From assembly GCA_016935975.1 (NCBI GenBank), contig JAFGPX010000084.1:174-64173 (forward strand): DNA of 64,000 bases, given 5' to 3'. Positions 1-9,689 of this stretch are shown here, one piece after another. Source of the DNA: Deltaproteobacteria bacterium (GTDB taxonomy: Bacteria > Myxococcota_A > Polyangia > Fen-1088). A program made the position numbers and the translations under genes. The notes below the pieces were generated by a model. It saw only the letters and a list, made by a program, of their open reading frames with translations. It made no database searches and was not told the origin of the DNA. The first letter of the stretch is position 1; each line of letters opens with the position of its first letter.

Positions 1-1130
1 GAGAAGTGGGTGGTCATGAGCCCTTCGTACCAGTTCCCTTGAGCGCTGTTGCTGTTGTCGCCACCGGTACCGAGGATGATGGCGCCCTCCTTCCTCATGG
101 GATTGTATCTATCGCTGGGGCGCTTTCCCTCGAACGGAGTGTCTAGGGCGCCGGACTGGGCATTGCCGACCTTGATGGCCCAGTGGCCGTCGGGCCACGT
201 CGTGCTCTTCGAGTCGCCCTTGACCATGGCCGTGATCCATTTGTGGGTGACCGGCTTGTTCTTCTCGTAGGGGCTGTAGTCCCCGGCCCAGAGGCCGTTC
301 TCAAGATCCCCCATGACCCACGGACCGTCGCCGTCCCCCTTGTTCCAGAAGGTGCAATCCCCGAAGTAGACCGCCTCCATCGTGCCTTCGCCGTTGTCCA
401 TGCTGTTGGTTTCGGCGTTCCCGTAGTCGAAGCAGCACCCGCTATTGTAGAAGTCGCCGTTGACGATCATGTAGGCCGTCTGAGGGCCATCGCCGGTCGC
501 GGTGCCGTTGGGCGTGTTGTCTCGATAGCCGATACCCGGCGTGATCTTGACGCCGTAGAGGCTATGACCACCGATCGTGACCGGGAGGGCTTTCGCGTTG
601 GCTTCGTTGTCGGGTGTCTTCTTGGCCCCGCCCGCGGGCGCCACCGTGAGATGGTTGCCCTTGCCGGACTGGTCGTAGATGATTGATATGGTGCATGCGT
701 CGTCCCCGCAGGCTGCGTCCTGGGCAGCTGCGTCGGCGAAGCCATCCGCGTCGAACCCGATCTCCGCCGTCGCGCCGCCCGTGCCGCTCTTGCTACCCCC
801 GATTCTGACCTGGTAGAGGTCGCCGTCGTATGCACTCCGTAGACGCCGAATCGTGCTGTGGGCCGCCACGCATGGGCCGCCGTCTTCTTCGTAGATGTCG
901 CAAGGCAGCTTCGCGGGGTCGAACGTCTTGCCGCCCGCGCCCGTAGCGCCACCCGAACCCATGGCGCCCCCCGAATCCTGTTGACCGCCCGTGTCGCTCA
1001 CGCCGCCGCTGCCCGTAGCGCCGCCACTAGAAGTCCCCGCGTCTTGGTCCGAGGTCATCGTACATCCCCAAGAGAAGATGCCGAAGACCGCGACCAGCAG
1101 GAGTTCATTGGAAAGGCTTCTTGTTCTCAT
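1..1130 (-). CDS. Alpha-L-arabinofuranosidase B catalytic domain (GH54) lipoprotein; 3' end runs off the window
   Basis: Not in the ORF track. Manual translation from ATG 1130 (RBS AAGGAGG): MRTRSLSNELLLVAVFGIFSWGC, Gly-rich linker, then PCDIY..PCVAAHST..IYDQSGKGNHL..GCCFDYGNAE..GTMEAVYFG..GPWVMGDLENGL..KEGAIILGTGGDNS, all typical GH54 motifs. Confidence 0.9.
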   Translation of the reverse strand, partial: MRTRSLSNELLLVAVFGIFSWGCTMTSDQDAGTSSGGATGSGGVSDTGGQQDSGGAMGSGGATGAGGKTFDPAKLPCDIYEEDGGPCVAAHSTIRRLRSAYDGDLYQVRIGGSKSGTGGATAEIGFDADGFADAAAQDAACGDDACTISIIYDQSGKGNHLTVAPAGGAKKTPDNEANAKALPVTIGGHSLYGVKITPGIGYRDNTPNGTATGDGPQTAYMIVNGDFYNSGCCFDYGNAETNSMDNGEGTMEAVYFGDCTFWNKGDGDGPWVMGDLENGLWAGDYSPYEKNKPVTHKWITAMVKGDSKSTTWPDGHWAIKVGNAQSGALDTPFEGKRPSDRYNPMRKEGAIILGTGGDNSNSAQGNWYEGLMTTHF

Positions 1131-1365
1131 CGAGGCATGCCTCCTTGCATGCGGATAGACAGACTTCGCGGAAGTGAGATTGCCCGAACAGCTGAATCTT
1201 GTCACGGCAATCCCTCCGACGAAACGTGAATCTTTCGCCCGGCAGGCTTGACATCGGGGGCGCTTGTCTGCATCGTCCTACCGCCTGACGGCTAGCGGTC
1301 GGGCAATCAGGGCAAGGGCCAGCCCCAGTTGCGCGAACGCCGTTGGGCGAGGAGAAAAGGATCTC

Positions 1366-1796
1366 ATGGCGTCCCCAGGCGACCCGAACAGCATCGCGAG
1401 TGGTGCCGCCCGTGGAGTGGGGGGCGATTTCGGTACCGACTTGGCGCGAAGCATCGTCGCTCACACGACCACTGGCAGCGTGCTTGACACATCACTCGTG
1501 TACCACCCCAGGTTGGCCAGGGGGCCGTATTGTGACCCTGTCGAGAACGGGTTCCGGCAACACCCGCTCAACCACCTTGGAAGCACAAGATCCTCCATGC
1601 TTGATGCGCTCGGGCAGGCCGGTTCGACGGTACCCGCCAAGGTGCGCGGCATCGGCGCGGACACGAAGCGATGTCGTCTGGCGCCAAGTCCGTCTGCCGG
1701 CCCGGTCCAGACCGGGCAGAGTGCCAAGATTGGAAGCATGAGAGCTGTTCGCCGCTCGGCTCGTTCGTGGACACCGAGTTGACGCGCGAGTCCTGA
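1366..1796 (+). pseudogene. araB: Degenerate ribulokinase remnant (N- and C-terminal pieces joined by an internal deletion)
   Basis: One frame reads GGDFGTDLARSIV..YHPRLARGPYCDPVENGFRQHPLNHL..KVRGIGADT (AraB N-terminus). A second frame reads EAMSSGAKSVCRPGPDRA..LGSFVDTELT* (AraB-like C-terminus). It has an RBS before ATG 1366 and sits directly upstream of araA. Confidence 0.75.
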
Positions 1797-1884
1797 GCCA
1801 CCAGAATAGTCGCGGTCGTCTTCCTGAGAAGGCGACCACGTGTTGCCCCAAAACAAAACGAGCAAGGTGTCAAAAGGTGTGAAC

Positions 1885-3387
1885 ATGAACGCTACAAAGC
1901 CCCAGGAAGTCTGGTTCTTGACCGGTAGTCAGGAGTTGTACGGTCAGGAGACGTTGAACAAGGTCGCAGAGCACTCCCGCGAGATCGTGGCGTATCTCGG
2001 CGCACCCGGGAGGCTCCCAGTTCAAGTGGTTTGGAAGCCCACCCTCACGGGGCCAGATGCCATTACACAGATGTGCCTCGAAGCCAATGCGGCATCCGCC
2101 TGTGTTGGCGTGATCACCTGGATGCACACGTTTTCACCAGCGAAGATGTGGATTCGTGGGCTCGCGCAGCTCGCGAAGCCGCTGGTGCACCTGCATACGC
2201 AATTCAACCGCGAGCTGCCGTGGTCGCAGATCGACATGGATTTCATGAATCTGAACCAGTCGGCCCACGGCGACCGCGAGTTCGGCTTCATCGCTTCGCG
2301 GCTCCGGCTCGAGCACAAGATCGTGGTAGGCCATTGGCAGGACAGCGATGTCCTCGCGGATCTCGAGAGTTGGTCACGTGTTGCCTGCGCGATCGCCGAA
2401 TCGCGGAGACTGAACATCGTGCGCTTCGGCGGCATGAACATGCGCGAAGTCGCAGTGACTGGCGGTGACCGCGTCGAGGCCCAGATTCAGCTCGGCTGGG
2501 CCGTCAACGGTTATGCTGTCGGCGACCTGGTCAAGCGGATTTCCGACGTGAAAGACGCCGACGTCGACCATCTCGTCGAGGAGTATGAGGCAAAGTATGT
2601 CGTCGCCCCGGCGCTGCGCAAGGGCGGCAGCCACCGCGAGAGCCTGCGCGACGCCGCCCGGCAAGAGATCGGAATGCGCGCCTTCCTCACCAGCGGAGGC
2701 CACGGGGCGTTCACCACCACCTTCGAGGACTTGCATGGCCTCAACCAACTCCCTGGCCTTGCCTGCCAGCGTCTGATGGCCGACGGCTACGGATTTGGCG
2801 CCGAGGGGGACTGGAAGACGGCAGCGCTCGTGCGACTAATGAAGGTCATCTCGGCGGGGCGCAAAGGCGGTGTGTCTTTCATGGAGGACTACACCTACCA
2901 TCTCGTCAAAGGCGAGGAGAGAGTCCTCGGGGCCCATATGCTCGAAGTCTGCCCCTCGATCACCGACGCGAAGCCTTCGCTGGAGGTTCATCCCCTCGGC
3001 ATCGGCGGCAAAGCAGATCCCTGCCGTCTGGTTTTCGATGCGGGGCCTGGGCCGGCAGTCGCCGTCGGTCTCGTCGACATGGGCGGGCGGATGCGGCTGA
3101 TCGTTCAGGAGGTGGACGTCGTCAAGGTCGAGCACGCCATGCCGAAGCTGCCCGTGTCGCGGGCGCTTTGGGTGCCACGGCCAGATTTCAGGCGTGGCTG
3201 CCAGGCCTGGCTCCTTGCGGGCGGCGGACATCACACGTCGTTCAGCCGAGCAGTGACGGCCGAGCAGCTCGAGGATTTGGCTTCCATGCTGGGCGTAGAA
3301 TGCGTGCGTATCGGACACGGGACAGATCTCGGAACACTCAAGAAGGAACTTCGCTGGAGCGACGCCGCTTTCCGGGGCTCTCGGTAG
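1885..3387 (+). CDS. araA: L-arabinose isomerase
   Basis: 500 aa; VWFLTGSQELYG, WMHTFSPAKMW, MNLNQSAHGDREFG, GFGAEGDWK, SFMEDYTY, LGAHMLEVCP, AGGGHHT. Confidence 0.97.
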   Translation: MNATKPQEVWFLTGSQELYGQETLNKVAEHSREIVAYLGAPGRLPVQVVWKPTLTGPDAITQMCLEANAASACVGVITWMHTFSPAKMWIRGLAQLAKPLVHLHTQFNRELPWSQIDMDFMNLNQSAHGDREFGFIASRLRLEHKIVVGHWQDSDVLADLESWSRVACAIAESRRLNIVRFGGMNMREVAVTGGDRVEAQIQLGWAVNGYAVGDLVKRISDVKDADVDHLVEEYEAKYVVAPALRKGGSHRESLRDAARQEIGMRAFLTSGGHGAFTTTFEDLHGLNQLPGLACQRLMADGYGFGAEGDWKTAALVRLMKVISAGRKGGVSFMEDYTYHLVKGEERVLGAHMLEVCPSITDAKPSLEVHPLGIGGKADPCRLVFDAGPGPAVAVGLVDMGGRMRLIVQEVDVVKVEHAMPKLPVSRALWVPRPDFRRGCQAWLLAGGGHHTSFSRAVTAEQLEDLASMLGVECVRIGHGTDLGTLKKELRWSDAAFRGSR

Positions 3388-3403
3388 GCATCGCCAACGA
3401 CAG

Positions 3404-4117
3404 ATGAAGTCGAGCTACGACGAGCTGAAGGAGACGGCGTGGCGGGCCAACATGGAGATCCCGCGCCGGGGCCTGGCCATCTACACCTTCGGGAACGTCT
3501 CGGCGTTCGATGCCCAGCGAGCCGTCTTCGCGATCAAGCCGAGCGGCGTCGCCTATGAGAGTCTCGCAGCCGCTGACATGGTCATCGTCGACCTCGACGC
3601 CAAGGTGGTAGAGGGTAGCCTGCGGCCCTCTTCCGACACGAAGACCCACGCCGCATTGTACAAAGCCTTTCAAGAGATCGGAGGGATCGTTCACACCCAT
3701 TCCACCTACGCCACGGCCTGGGCGCAGGCGCGCATGCCGATCCCCATCTACGGCACGACCCATGCGGATCACCTCGCGGAGGACGTTCCTTGTACGGCGC
3801 TCATGACTGCCGATGCGGTCCGTGGAGACTACGAAGCCGAGACGGGAACACAAATCATCGAGTGCTTCCGCGCGCGTGATCCGACCCAGACTCCGATGGT
3901 CCTGGTTGCGGGGCATGGCCCGTTTGCGTGGGGCAAGACGGCGGACAAGGCGGTGTACCATGCTGTCGTCCTCGAAGAGCTTGCCAAGATGGCGTCCATC
4001 ACGCGGGGCCTCGATCCCAATGCAGGAAGGCTGCCAGAGTACCTCGTCCGCAAGCACTTCGAGCGTAAACACGGGAAAGACGCGTACTATGGACAGACGA
4101 CCGATACGAAGTTCTAG
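3404..4117 (+). CDS. araD: L-ribulose-5-phosphate 4-epimerase
   Basis: TFGNVS, IKPSGV, RPSSDT, GGIVHTHS, GTTHAD, HGPFAWG, KHFERKHG..AYYGQ. Confidence 0.96.
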   Translation: MKSSYDELKETAWRANMEIPRRGLAIYTFGNVSAFDAQRAVFAIKPSGVAYESLAAADMVIVDLDAKVVEGSLRPSSDTKTHAALYKAFQEIGGIVHTHSTYATAWAQARMPIPIYGTTHADHLAEDVPCTALMTADAVRGDYEAETGTQIIECFRARDPTQTPMVLVAGHGPFAWGKTADKAVYHAVVLEELAKMASITRGLDPNAGRLPEYLVRKHFERKHGKDAYYGQTTDTKF

Positions 4118-4148
4118 CCACTGGAACACACGAGAGGAAGGGGCAACC

Positions 4149-5693
4149 ATGCGACGAGTATCACAGCTATCGGGACTATCGGGACTGCTAGTGACGGTTT
4201 TCGTGTCGACTCGCGCCTTCGCCGAGGAGCCCACAGACGCTGACGCCCAACAACCTGCTGAAGAACCCCAAGAAGCCACCAAGGCAGAGCAGCCGCTGCC
4301 GGTCGCGCCAGCTCCCACAGGAGCTGCGCCAGCCGCCGCTGTTCCAGCCATCGCAGCCCTCCCGCCGGCCACCAAGCCGAAGGTCGGCGACCTCTCCGTG
4401 CACGGATACTTCCGTGGCGGTTGGGGCGCGAGCAACCAGAAGGGCCGCATGACCTGCTTCGGACTCAGCATCAGTGGGGGATTGAAGTCCAAGTACCGGC
4501 TCGGCAACGAATGCGAGCAGTGGGGCGAGTTGCACATCACGACCGTCGCGTACGTGGGCGAGGATGGCACGGTCGCGAGCCTTCACTTCATGCCGACCGC
4601 CTACATACCGACGACCGAAATGGGCTATTCTCCGACCGCGGTCACAAACTCCCCGGCCGAATACACAACCGCAACCGGAGCGACTGTGGCCTTCCCCAAC
4701 CTCTACGCCGACATCCAGGGGATTCCCTGGCTTTTCGGAGGGACCGCCTGGGTTGGCACACGGTACTACAAGCGTGAGTCTTTCTACATCAGCGACTTCT
4801 TCTATTGGAATCCCTCGGGTGTGGGTGGGGGTATCGAGGACTTCAGCCTCGGTCAGGTCTGGGAGTCGGCCCCGGCCATGTTGAGCGATCTGCGGTTCAG
4901 CTATGGCCTCTTCGCGGTCGATGGCCAGCCAAAGCCGAACGATGCCAGCTCACCGCCGTTCCCGATGAAGTTCGACCTTGGCATTCGCAACGATCTCCAA
5001 GTTCGAGGGTTCCGCCCCTACGAGGGCGGTGAGCTCCAGATCGGATTTCAGTACATCCACAATTGGACCCACAAGGACGATGCCAGTGGCAACACCAACA
5101 CCCATAGTGGTTGGGGCGTAACTGTCCAGCATGTACAGGATCTTCTTGGCGGCAACAACAAGCTGGCTTTTCAATATGGCAAAGGTGGAGGAACTGGGTT
5201 TGGAACGCTTGCGCGGTTCTACTACCCCGACTTCTCGCTCTATTGGGGTGAGAGTGAATCGAGGATGCGACTCGTCGATGTGCTCACCATCCAGCCGACC
5301 GGCTGGCTTGGTGCGCAGGCCGGCGTCGTCTGGCAGCGCGACGACATGGGGACCGGAGTGAGCGGGGCCAAGACCGATTGGTACTCTGCCGGCGCACGCC
5401 TGAGCTTCGCCGCCACCGAGCACTTGAAGCTTCTCGCTGAAGCCGGCTATGATCGCATCAAGAAGGACAACGGTTCGGACCCGAGCTATCTTGCCAAGTT
5501 CACCATCGCCCCCGCAATTGCCGCAGCCAGGGGATTCTGGGCTCGCCCGGAGCTGCGCCTCTTTCTCACGATGGCGATGTGGAACGATAATGCTGCAATA
5601 TCCGGTGTCGATTCGGGCAACATCTACAGGGACACCTACCCCAACTATAGGAATGGCTACATTGCCGGCCTCCAAGCCGAGGCGATGTGGTAG
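4149..5693 (+). CDS. Carbohydrate porin (LamB/maltoporin family)
   Basis: Signal peptide, HGYFRGG, KYRLGNECE, WVGTRYYKR, DFFYWNPSG, FWARPELRLF, C-terminal QAEAMW. Confidence 0.88.
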   Translation: MRRVSQLSGLSGLLVTVFVSTRAFAEEPTDADAQQPAEEPQEATKAEQPLPVAPAPTGAAPAAAVPAIAALPPATKPKVGDLSVHGYFRGGWGASNQKGRMTCFGLSISGGLKSKYRLGNECEQWGELHITTVAYVGEDGTVASLHFMPTAYIPTTEMGYSPTAVTNSPAEYTTATGATVAFPNLYADIQGIPWLFGGTAWVGTRYYKRESFYISDFFYWNPSGVGGGIEDFSLGQVWESAPAMLSDLRFSYGLFAVDGQPKPNDASSPPFPMKFDLGIRNDLQVRGFRPYEGGELQIGFQYIHNWTHKDDASGNTNTHSGWGVTVQHVQDLLGGNNKLAFQYGKGGGTGFGTLARFYYPDFSLYWGESESRMRLVDVLTIQPTGWLGAQAGVVWQRDDMGTGVSGAKTDWYSAGARLSFAATEHLKLLAEAGYDRIKKDNGSDPSYLAKFTIAPAIAAARGFWARPELRLFLTMAMWNDNAAISGVDSGNIYRDTYPNYRNGYIAGLQAEAMW

Positions 5694-5716
5694 CCAGGAG
5701 CGCGAGGAGCACAACC

Positions 5717-6883
5717 ATGTTCATGAAATTCGTTCTCTCCGTCCTTGCTCTAGCGTTTGCGCCAACGACGATGGCGATGGCCGCCGGACCCACCAAGAAG
5801 CCGGATCCCCTGAAGAAGACTACCCCCTCGGTTACAGAGGCTGTCTTTGGCAGTCTTGCGGACGGCAGAAAGGTCACGCTCTACACGCTGACCAACGCCT
5901 CCGGTGCCGAGGCGAGGATCATCAACTATGGTGCGATCGTCGTATCGCTGAGAGTTCCGGATCGGCACGGCAAGCTCCGCGACGTGGTCCTCGGCTACGA
6001 CGATCTTGCGGGGTACCTGAAAGACAAGGATTTCTTCGGAGCCACCGTCGGCCGCTACGGCAACCGCATCGGTGCCGGCAAGTTCACGCTCGACGGCAAG
6101 ACCTACCAGCTGGATCTGAACAACGGGCCCAACCACCTGCACGGGGGTGCACAAGGCTTCTACAAGAAGCTGTGGAAGGCCGAGCCAGTCAAGGGCAAGG
6201 CGGAGCCCGGCGTGAAGCTCACGTACGTGAGCCCGGACGGTGAGCAGGGATATCCCGGCACGCTCACGCTGGCCCTCACCTACACGCTGACCCGCAAGAA
6301 CGGCCTGCGCATGGACTATGTGGGAACGACCGACAAGCCGACCATCCTCAATCCAACCCACCACTCGTACTTCAATCTCAGCGGCGATCCGACGCACAAG
6401 ATCCTGGACGAGGAGCTCACCATCATTGCGGACAAGACGACCCCGGTGGATGCGGGCCTGATTCCCACGGGAAAGCTGGCGGATGTCGCTGGCACGCCGA
6501 TGGATTTCCGCAAGCCCACCGCGATCGGCGCCCGCATCGACGCCAAGGACGAACAGCTCGGCTTCGGCAAGGGCTACGACCACAACTGGGTCCTACGCAA
6601 CCCCGGCAAGAAGGTGCGCAAGGTGGCCGAGCTCCGCGATCCGACCAGCGGCATCGTGATGCAGATCCTCACCGACCAGCCTGGGCTGCAGTTCTATTCT
6701 GGCAACTTCCTGAATGGCACCATCCGTGGGAAAAACGGCGCGGCCTATCAATACCGAACCGCGGTGGTACTAGAAGCGCAGGTCTTCCCGGATGCGCCCA
6801 ACCACCCCAAATTCCCGAGTGCGGTCCTCCGGCCCGGTCAGCGCTATCGCCAGACCACGGTCTATCAGTTCTCCACCCGGTAG
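5717..6883 (+). CDS. galM: Aldose 1-epimerase (mutarotase) with N-terminal signal peptide
   Basis: GATVGRYGNRI, NHLHGG, GYPG, NPTHHSYFNL, GYDHNW, TDQPGLQFYSGNFL; hydrophobic N-terminus ending AMA. Confidence 0.93.
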   Translation: MFMKFVLSVLALAFAPTTMAMAAGPTKKPDPLKKTTPSVTEAVFGSLADGRKVTLYTLTNASGAEARIINYGAIVVSLRVPDRHGKLRDVVLGYDDLAGYLKDKDFFGATVGRYGNRIGAGKFTLDGKTYQLDLNNGPNHLHGGAQGFYKKLWKAEPVKGKAEPGVKLTYVSPDGEQGYPGTLTLALTYTLTRKNGLRMDYVGTTDKPTILNPTHHSYFNLSGDPTHKILDEELTIIADKTTPVDAGLIPTGKLADVAGTPMDFRKPTAIGARIDAKDEQLGFGKGYDHNWVLRNPGKKVRKVAELRDPTSGIVMQILTDQPGLQFYSGNFLNGTIRGKNGAAYQYRTAVVLEAQVFPDAPNHPKFPSAVLRPGQRYRQTTVYQFSTR

Positions 6884-6967
6884 ACGCAAACACGCGACAG
6901 GCACGCCGCAGACGCCGAACTGGAAGTGACGCCTGGTCTGCCATCGTGCTTTCTCGACCATGATGTC

Positions 6968-9010
6968 CTATTGCGTGTCTGCTTCTGCACGCGCGGATTT
7001 GATGGCTTCGGAGAGCCTTGTCAGCATTTCTGAGATCCTGTTTGCCCGTGTCTGATCGCCCGCGGATCTCGCCAAGGCAAGCGCATGCTGAAGAGCCCCA
7101 TTTGCCTCGATCCAGTGCCCCTTCTTCAGAAGGGCGGAGACCAAATTGTCGAGGTGCTCAACGGCACCGGGGTTCGTCTTCAGCGCCCGACGGTAGTGGA
7201 GAATTGCTGCGTCGATCTCTCCCACTCCCGCAAGCATGACACCAAGGTTGTTGTGCGCGTTCGCGTGTTCGGCGTCAAGTTGCAGCGCTTTCCGGAAATG
7301 CCCCATGGCCTCGTCGTGTCGATTCCTCTTCGCGAGCAGGAGACCAAGGTTGTTGTATGCGTCGGCATATTCTGGGTGAAGCTCCAGTGCTATCCGATAG
7401 TGAACCATAGCCTCTTCTATCCGTCCCGTGCTTGCGAGAAGGTCAGCGACGTTGTAGTGGACCTCCGCGTGATCGGGATGAAGCTCCAATGCTTGCAACA
7501 AGTGAGCCATCCCCTCCTCCGGGCGTCCATTGCGCGCGAGCAGTGCGCCGATGTTGTTGTGCGCGTCGGCTTGACGGGGATTGATCTCCAACGCCCTCCG
7601 TAGATGTGTCGCAGCCTCCTCTGCTCGCCCCATGTCCATGAAAAGAAGGCCGAGGTTGGCGTGGGCATCGGCCTTCTGTGGGTGATGCACAAGTGCCTTC
7701 AGCAGATGATCCATGGCCTCGTCGTGTCGCCCCGTCTCCATGAGCAGAAGACCGAGATGGGTGTACGCCATCCAGCAGCTCGCGTTCCTGGACATCGTGG
7801 TGCGATACAGGGTCTCGGCGTCGGAATACATGTGGCTCTGTTTCCAGCTCAGCATGGAGAGGACGAGAAGCAGGGTGCCCGGGACCGCGGGGCGGAGCCA
7901 GCGCAACGACGTGCCCTTCAGCTGATCCGTTGCCTTTGCGAGACAGGCGGCTGCGACCGTTATCGGCGCTATGGTGGCCAGGTACTGGAAGTGGTCAGCC
8001 ACATATGAATACGCGAACGGGTAGACGTTGAAGAACCCCAACGCGGGGAAAAGCGTGATCACGAACAGGAGCAGCACCGCAAGGGGCGTCCTTGAGCGGT
8101 GCCGCAGTACCCAGAACGGGCCCGCGAAGAGGACAAGCGCGGCCGGGAACAAGTACTGCCTCACGTCGATGGAGTCCATGGACCAACGGGGGTAGATGAA
8201 GATCAGGTTGGCAGGCCAGACGAGTTTGTAGATGTAGAACCAGACTGCGCGGCCGGCGACAAGGCAGCGTTCAGCGAAGGTGAGGTCGAACCCGCCGCCT
8301 GCTGCACCGATGAATGCTCGTTCCACCCAGGCCGTGAACAAGCCCGAGATTGCCCCTATGACAAAGAATGGGGTCAACGGCATGACGTCCCGCCTCAACG
8401 ACACAGTCCCCCGCTTCCACCAAAAAACCACGAGGAGCGCAGCGGGCAGGGTGGCGATCGCGCTCTTGGCAAGCAACCCGAGGGCAAACAGCAGCAGAGC
8501 CGTGGCATAGTGTCTTGTCTCCCGGTTGTCGTCAAAGCTCAGGTACGCCAGGGCAGCGGCGATGTAGAGAACACCGGAGAGTGTGTTCTTCAGTTCGGTT
8601 ATCCATGCTACCGATTCGACCATCACAGGGTGAAGCGCGAATATCCCCGCCGCGAGCCACGCTCCACGGATTCGCAGTCTTCCTAGGACTGCAACCAGGA
8701 GTAGTGCAGAGGTCGAGTGAAGCAGGATGTTGAGCAAATGGTAGCCGACTGTGGATTCGCCCCAGAGACGGTATTCCAGCCAGAAGACCGTATGCACCAG
8801 CGGGTAGTACTGCTGCGTGGCCCCAAGCTGCGTCCAGATACTCGCGAGACCTGCGACCGAGCGGAGAGTAGGCTTCGTCATGTGCGCAGCGTCGTCCCAG
8901 ACCGGCTGGCCATTCCACGCCGGTTGGTAGGCGAGGAACGTTGCTGCGACCAGTAGCAACGCAAACGCCCAATCACGGTTTTTCCAGAAGTGCTGGGCGG
9001 CTTTCGGCAT
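6968..9010 (-). CDS. Multi-TM protein with C-terminal TPR array (TMTC-like GT-C glycosyltransferase family)
   Basis: VWDD, YYPL, YHLLNILLH, FALHPVMVESVAWITELKN, ADHFQYL, then several TPR repeats (AHNNLG). Start estimated at MPKAAQ. Confidence 0.8.
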   Translation of the reverse strand: MPKAAQHFWKNRDWAFALLLVAATFLAYQPAWNGQPVWDDAAHMTKPTLRSVAGLASIWTQLGATQQYYPLVHTVFWLEYRLWGESTVGYHLLNILLHSTSALLLVAVLGRLRIRGAWLAAGIFALHPVMVESVAWITELKNTLSGVLYIAAALAYLSFDDNRETRHYATALLLFALGLLAKSAIATLPAALLVVFWWKRGTVSLRRDVMPLTPFFVIGAISGLFTAWVERAFIGAAGGGFDLTFAERCLVAGRAVWFYIYKLVWPANLIFIYPRWSMDSIDVRQYLFPAALVLFAGPFWVLRHRSRTPLAVLLLFVITLFPALGFFNVYPFAYSYVADHFQYLATIAPITVAAACLAKATDQLKGTSLRWLRPAVPGTLLLVLSMLSWKQSHMYSDAETLYRTTMSRNASCWMAYTHLGLLLMETGRHDEAMDHLLKALVHHPQKADAHANLGLLFMDMGRAEEAATHLRRALEINPRQADAHNNIGALLARNGRPEEGMAHLLQALELHPDHAEVHYNVADLLASTGRIEEAMVHYRIALELHPEYADAYNNLGLLLAKRNRHDEAMGHFRKALQLDAEHANAHNNLGVMLAGVGEIDAAILHYRRALKTNPGAVEHLDNLVSALLKKGHWIEANGALQHALALARSAGDQTRANRISEMLTRLSEAIKSARAEADTQ

Positions 9011-9689
9011 GCGCTCCCGCTCCTGACACATGATGTTGAATGTACCACGGCACGGTGAGTCCCGTCCGGCGCCACCTCGAGCAGCGGGCCCGTCGCCGCC
9101 GCTTGCTTGGCCATCCGGGACAGCAGGTCGGGGTGATAGATGGAGACACAACCGAAGGTCCCGCCTGGAGAATTCTCGGGCAGATAGTAGCGATGCCGCG
9201 AGAGCATAATCGCGGCGAAGGCAGTGCCCGGTGGGACACCTCGCGGCGGCTACCCAAGAACCTGGAAATGCCCGCGGCCCGCCAAGGTGGGCTGGAAGGC
9301 GAACAAAGGCGCATCCTTGCGCCCGAGACGTTCGTTCCGTCCCGGTGATAGCTCGACCGGAGTAGCAGCACGAGTGGGTGCTAGTTCCGACGCTGCCAAG
9401 GTACGCCGTCATCGGCGTCCACCGTGGCGGCAGCGACAATAGCGCGCTCGACAGCTTCACAAGCTGCCGTAGGGCTGGCGCGGGTCCGGGATTTCGGCCG
9501 GCCTCACGTCCGAGGTGAGGATCTCGAATGAGCCGCGCCGCCACAGCGCCAGTTTCGACCGGGGCAAGCCATGATTCTTCACAAAATCACCTCCCTTCGG
9601 ACAACCTTACTATGGCAGGGGGGCTTCCCCGAGCGTAGGAGCTACTCCCAGCCATCTTGGCCATGCACAAATCAATACCGGAGCGCGAT

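Noticed and set aside
1178-1308. GATTGCC/GGCAATC inverted repeats and two TGAATCTT copies between GH54 and the araB remnant
   Set aside because: Possible operators, but short, with no regulator gene nearby and no further copies recognised
2938-2963. GTGATCGA-N14-GCAT on the minus strand inside araA
   Set aside because: Wrong spacing, intragenic and antisense; probably chance
9011-9544. Upstream extension of the TPR protein and a protein-like stretch (RYYLPENSPGGTFGCVSIYHPDLL)
   Set aside because: No family recognised; it may be a remnant but cannot be supported without a search
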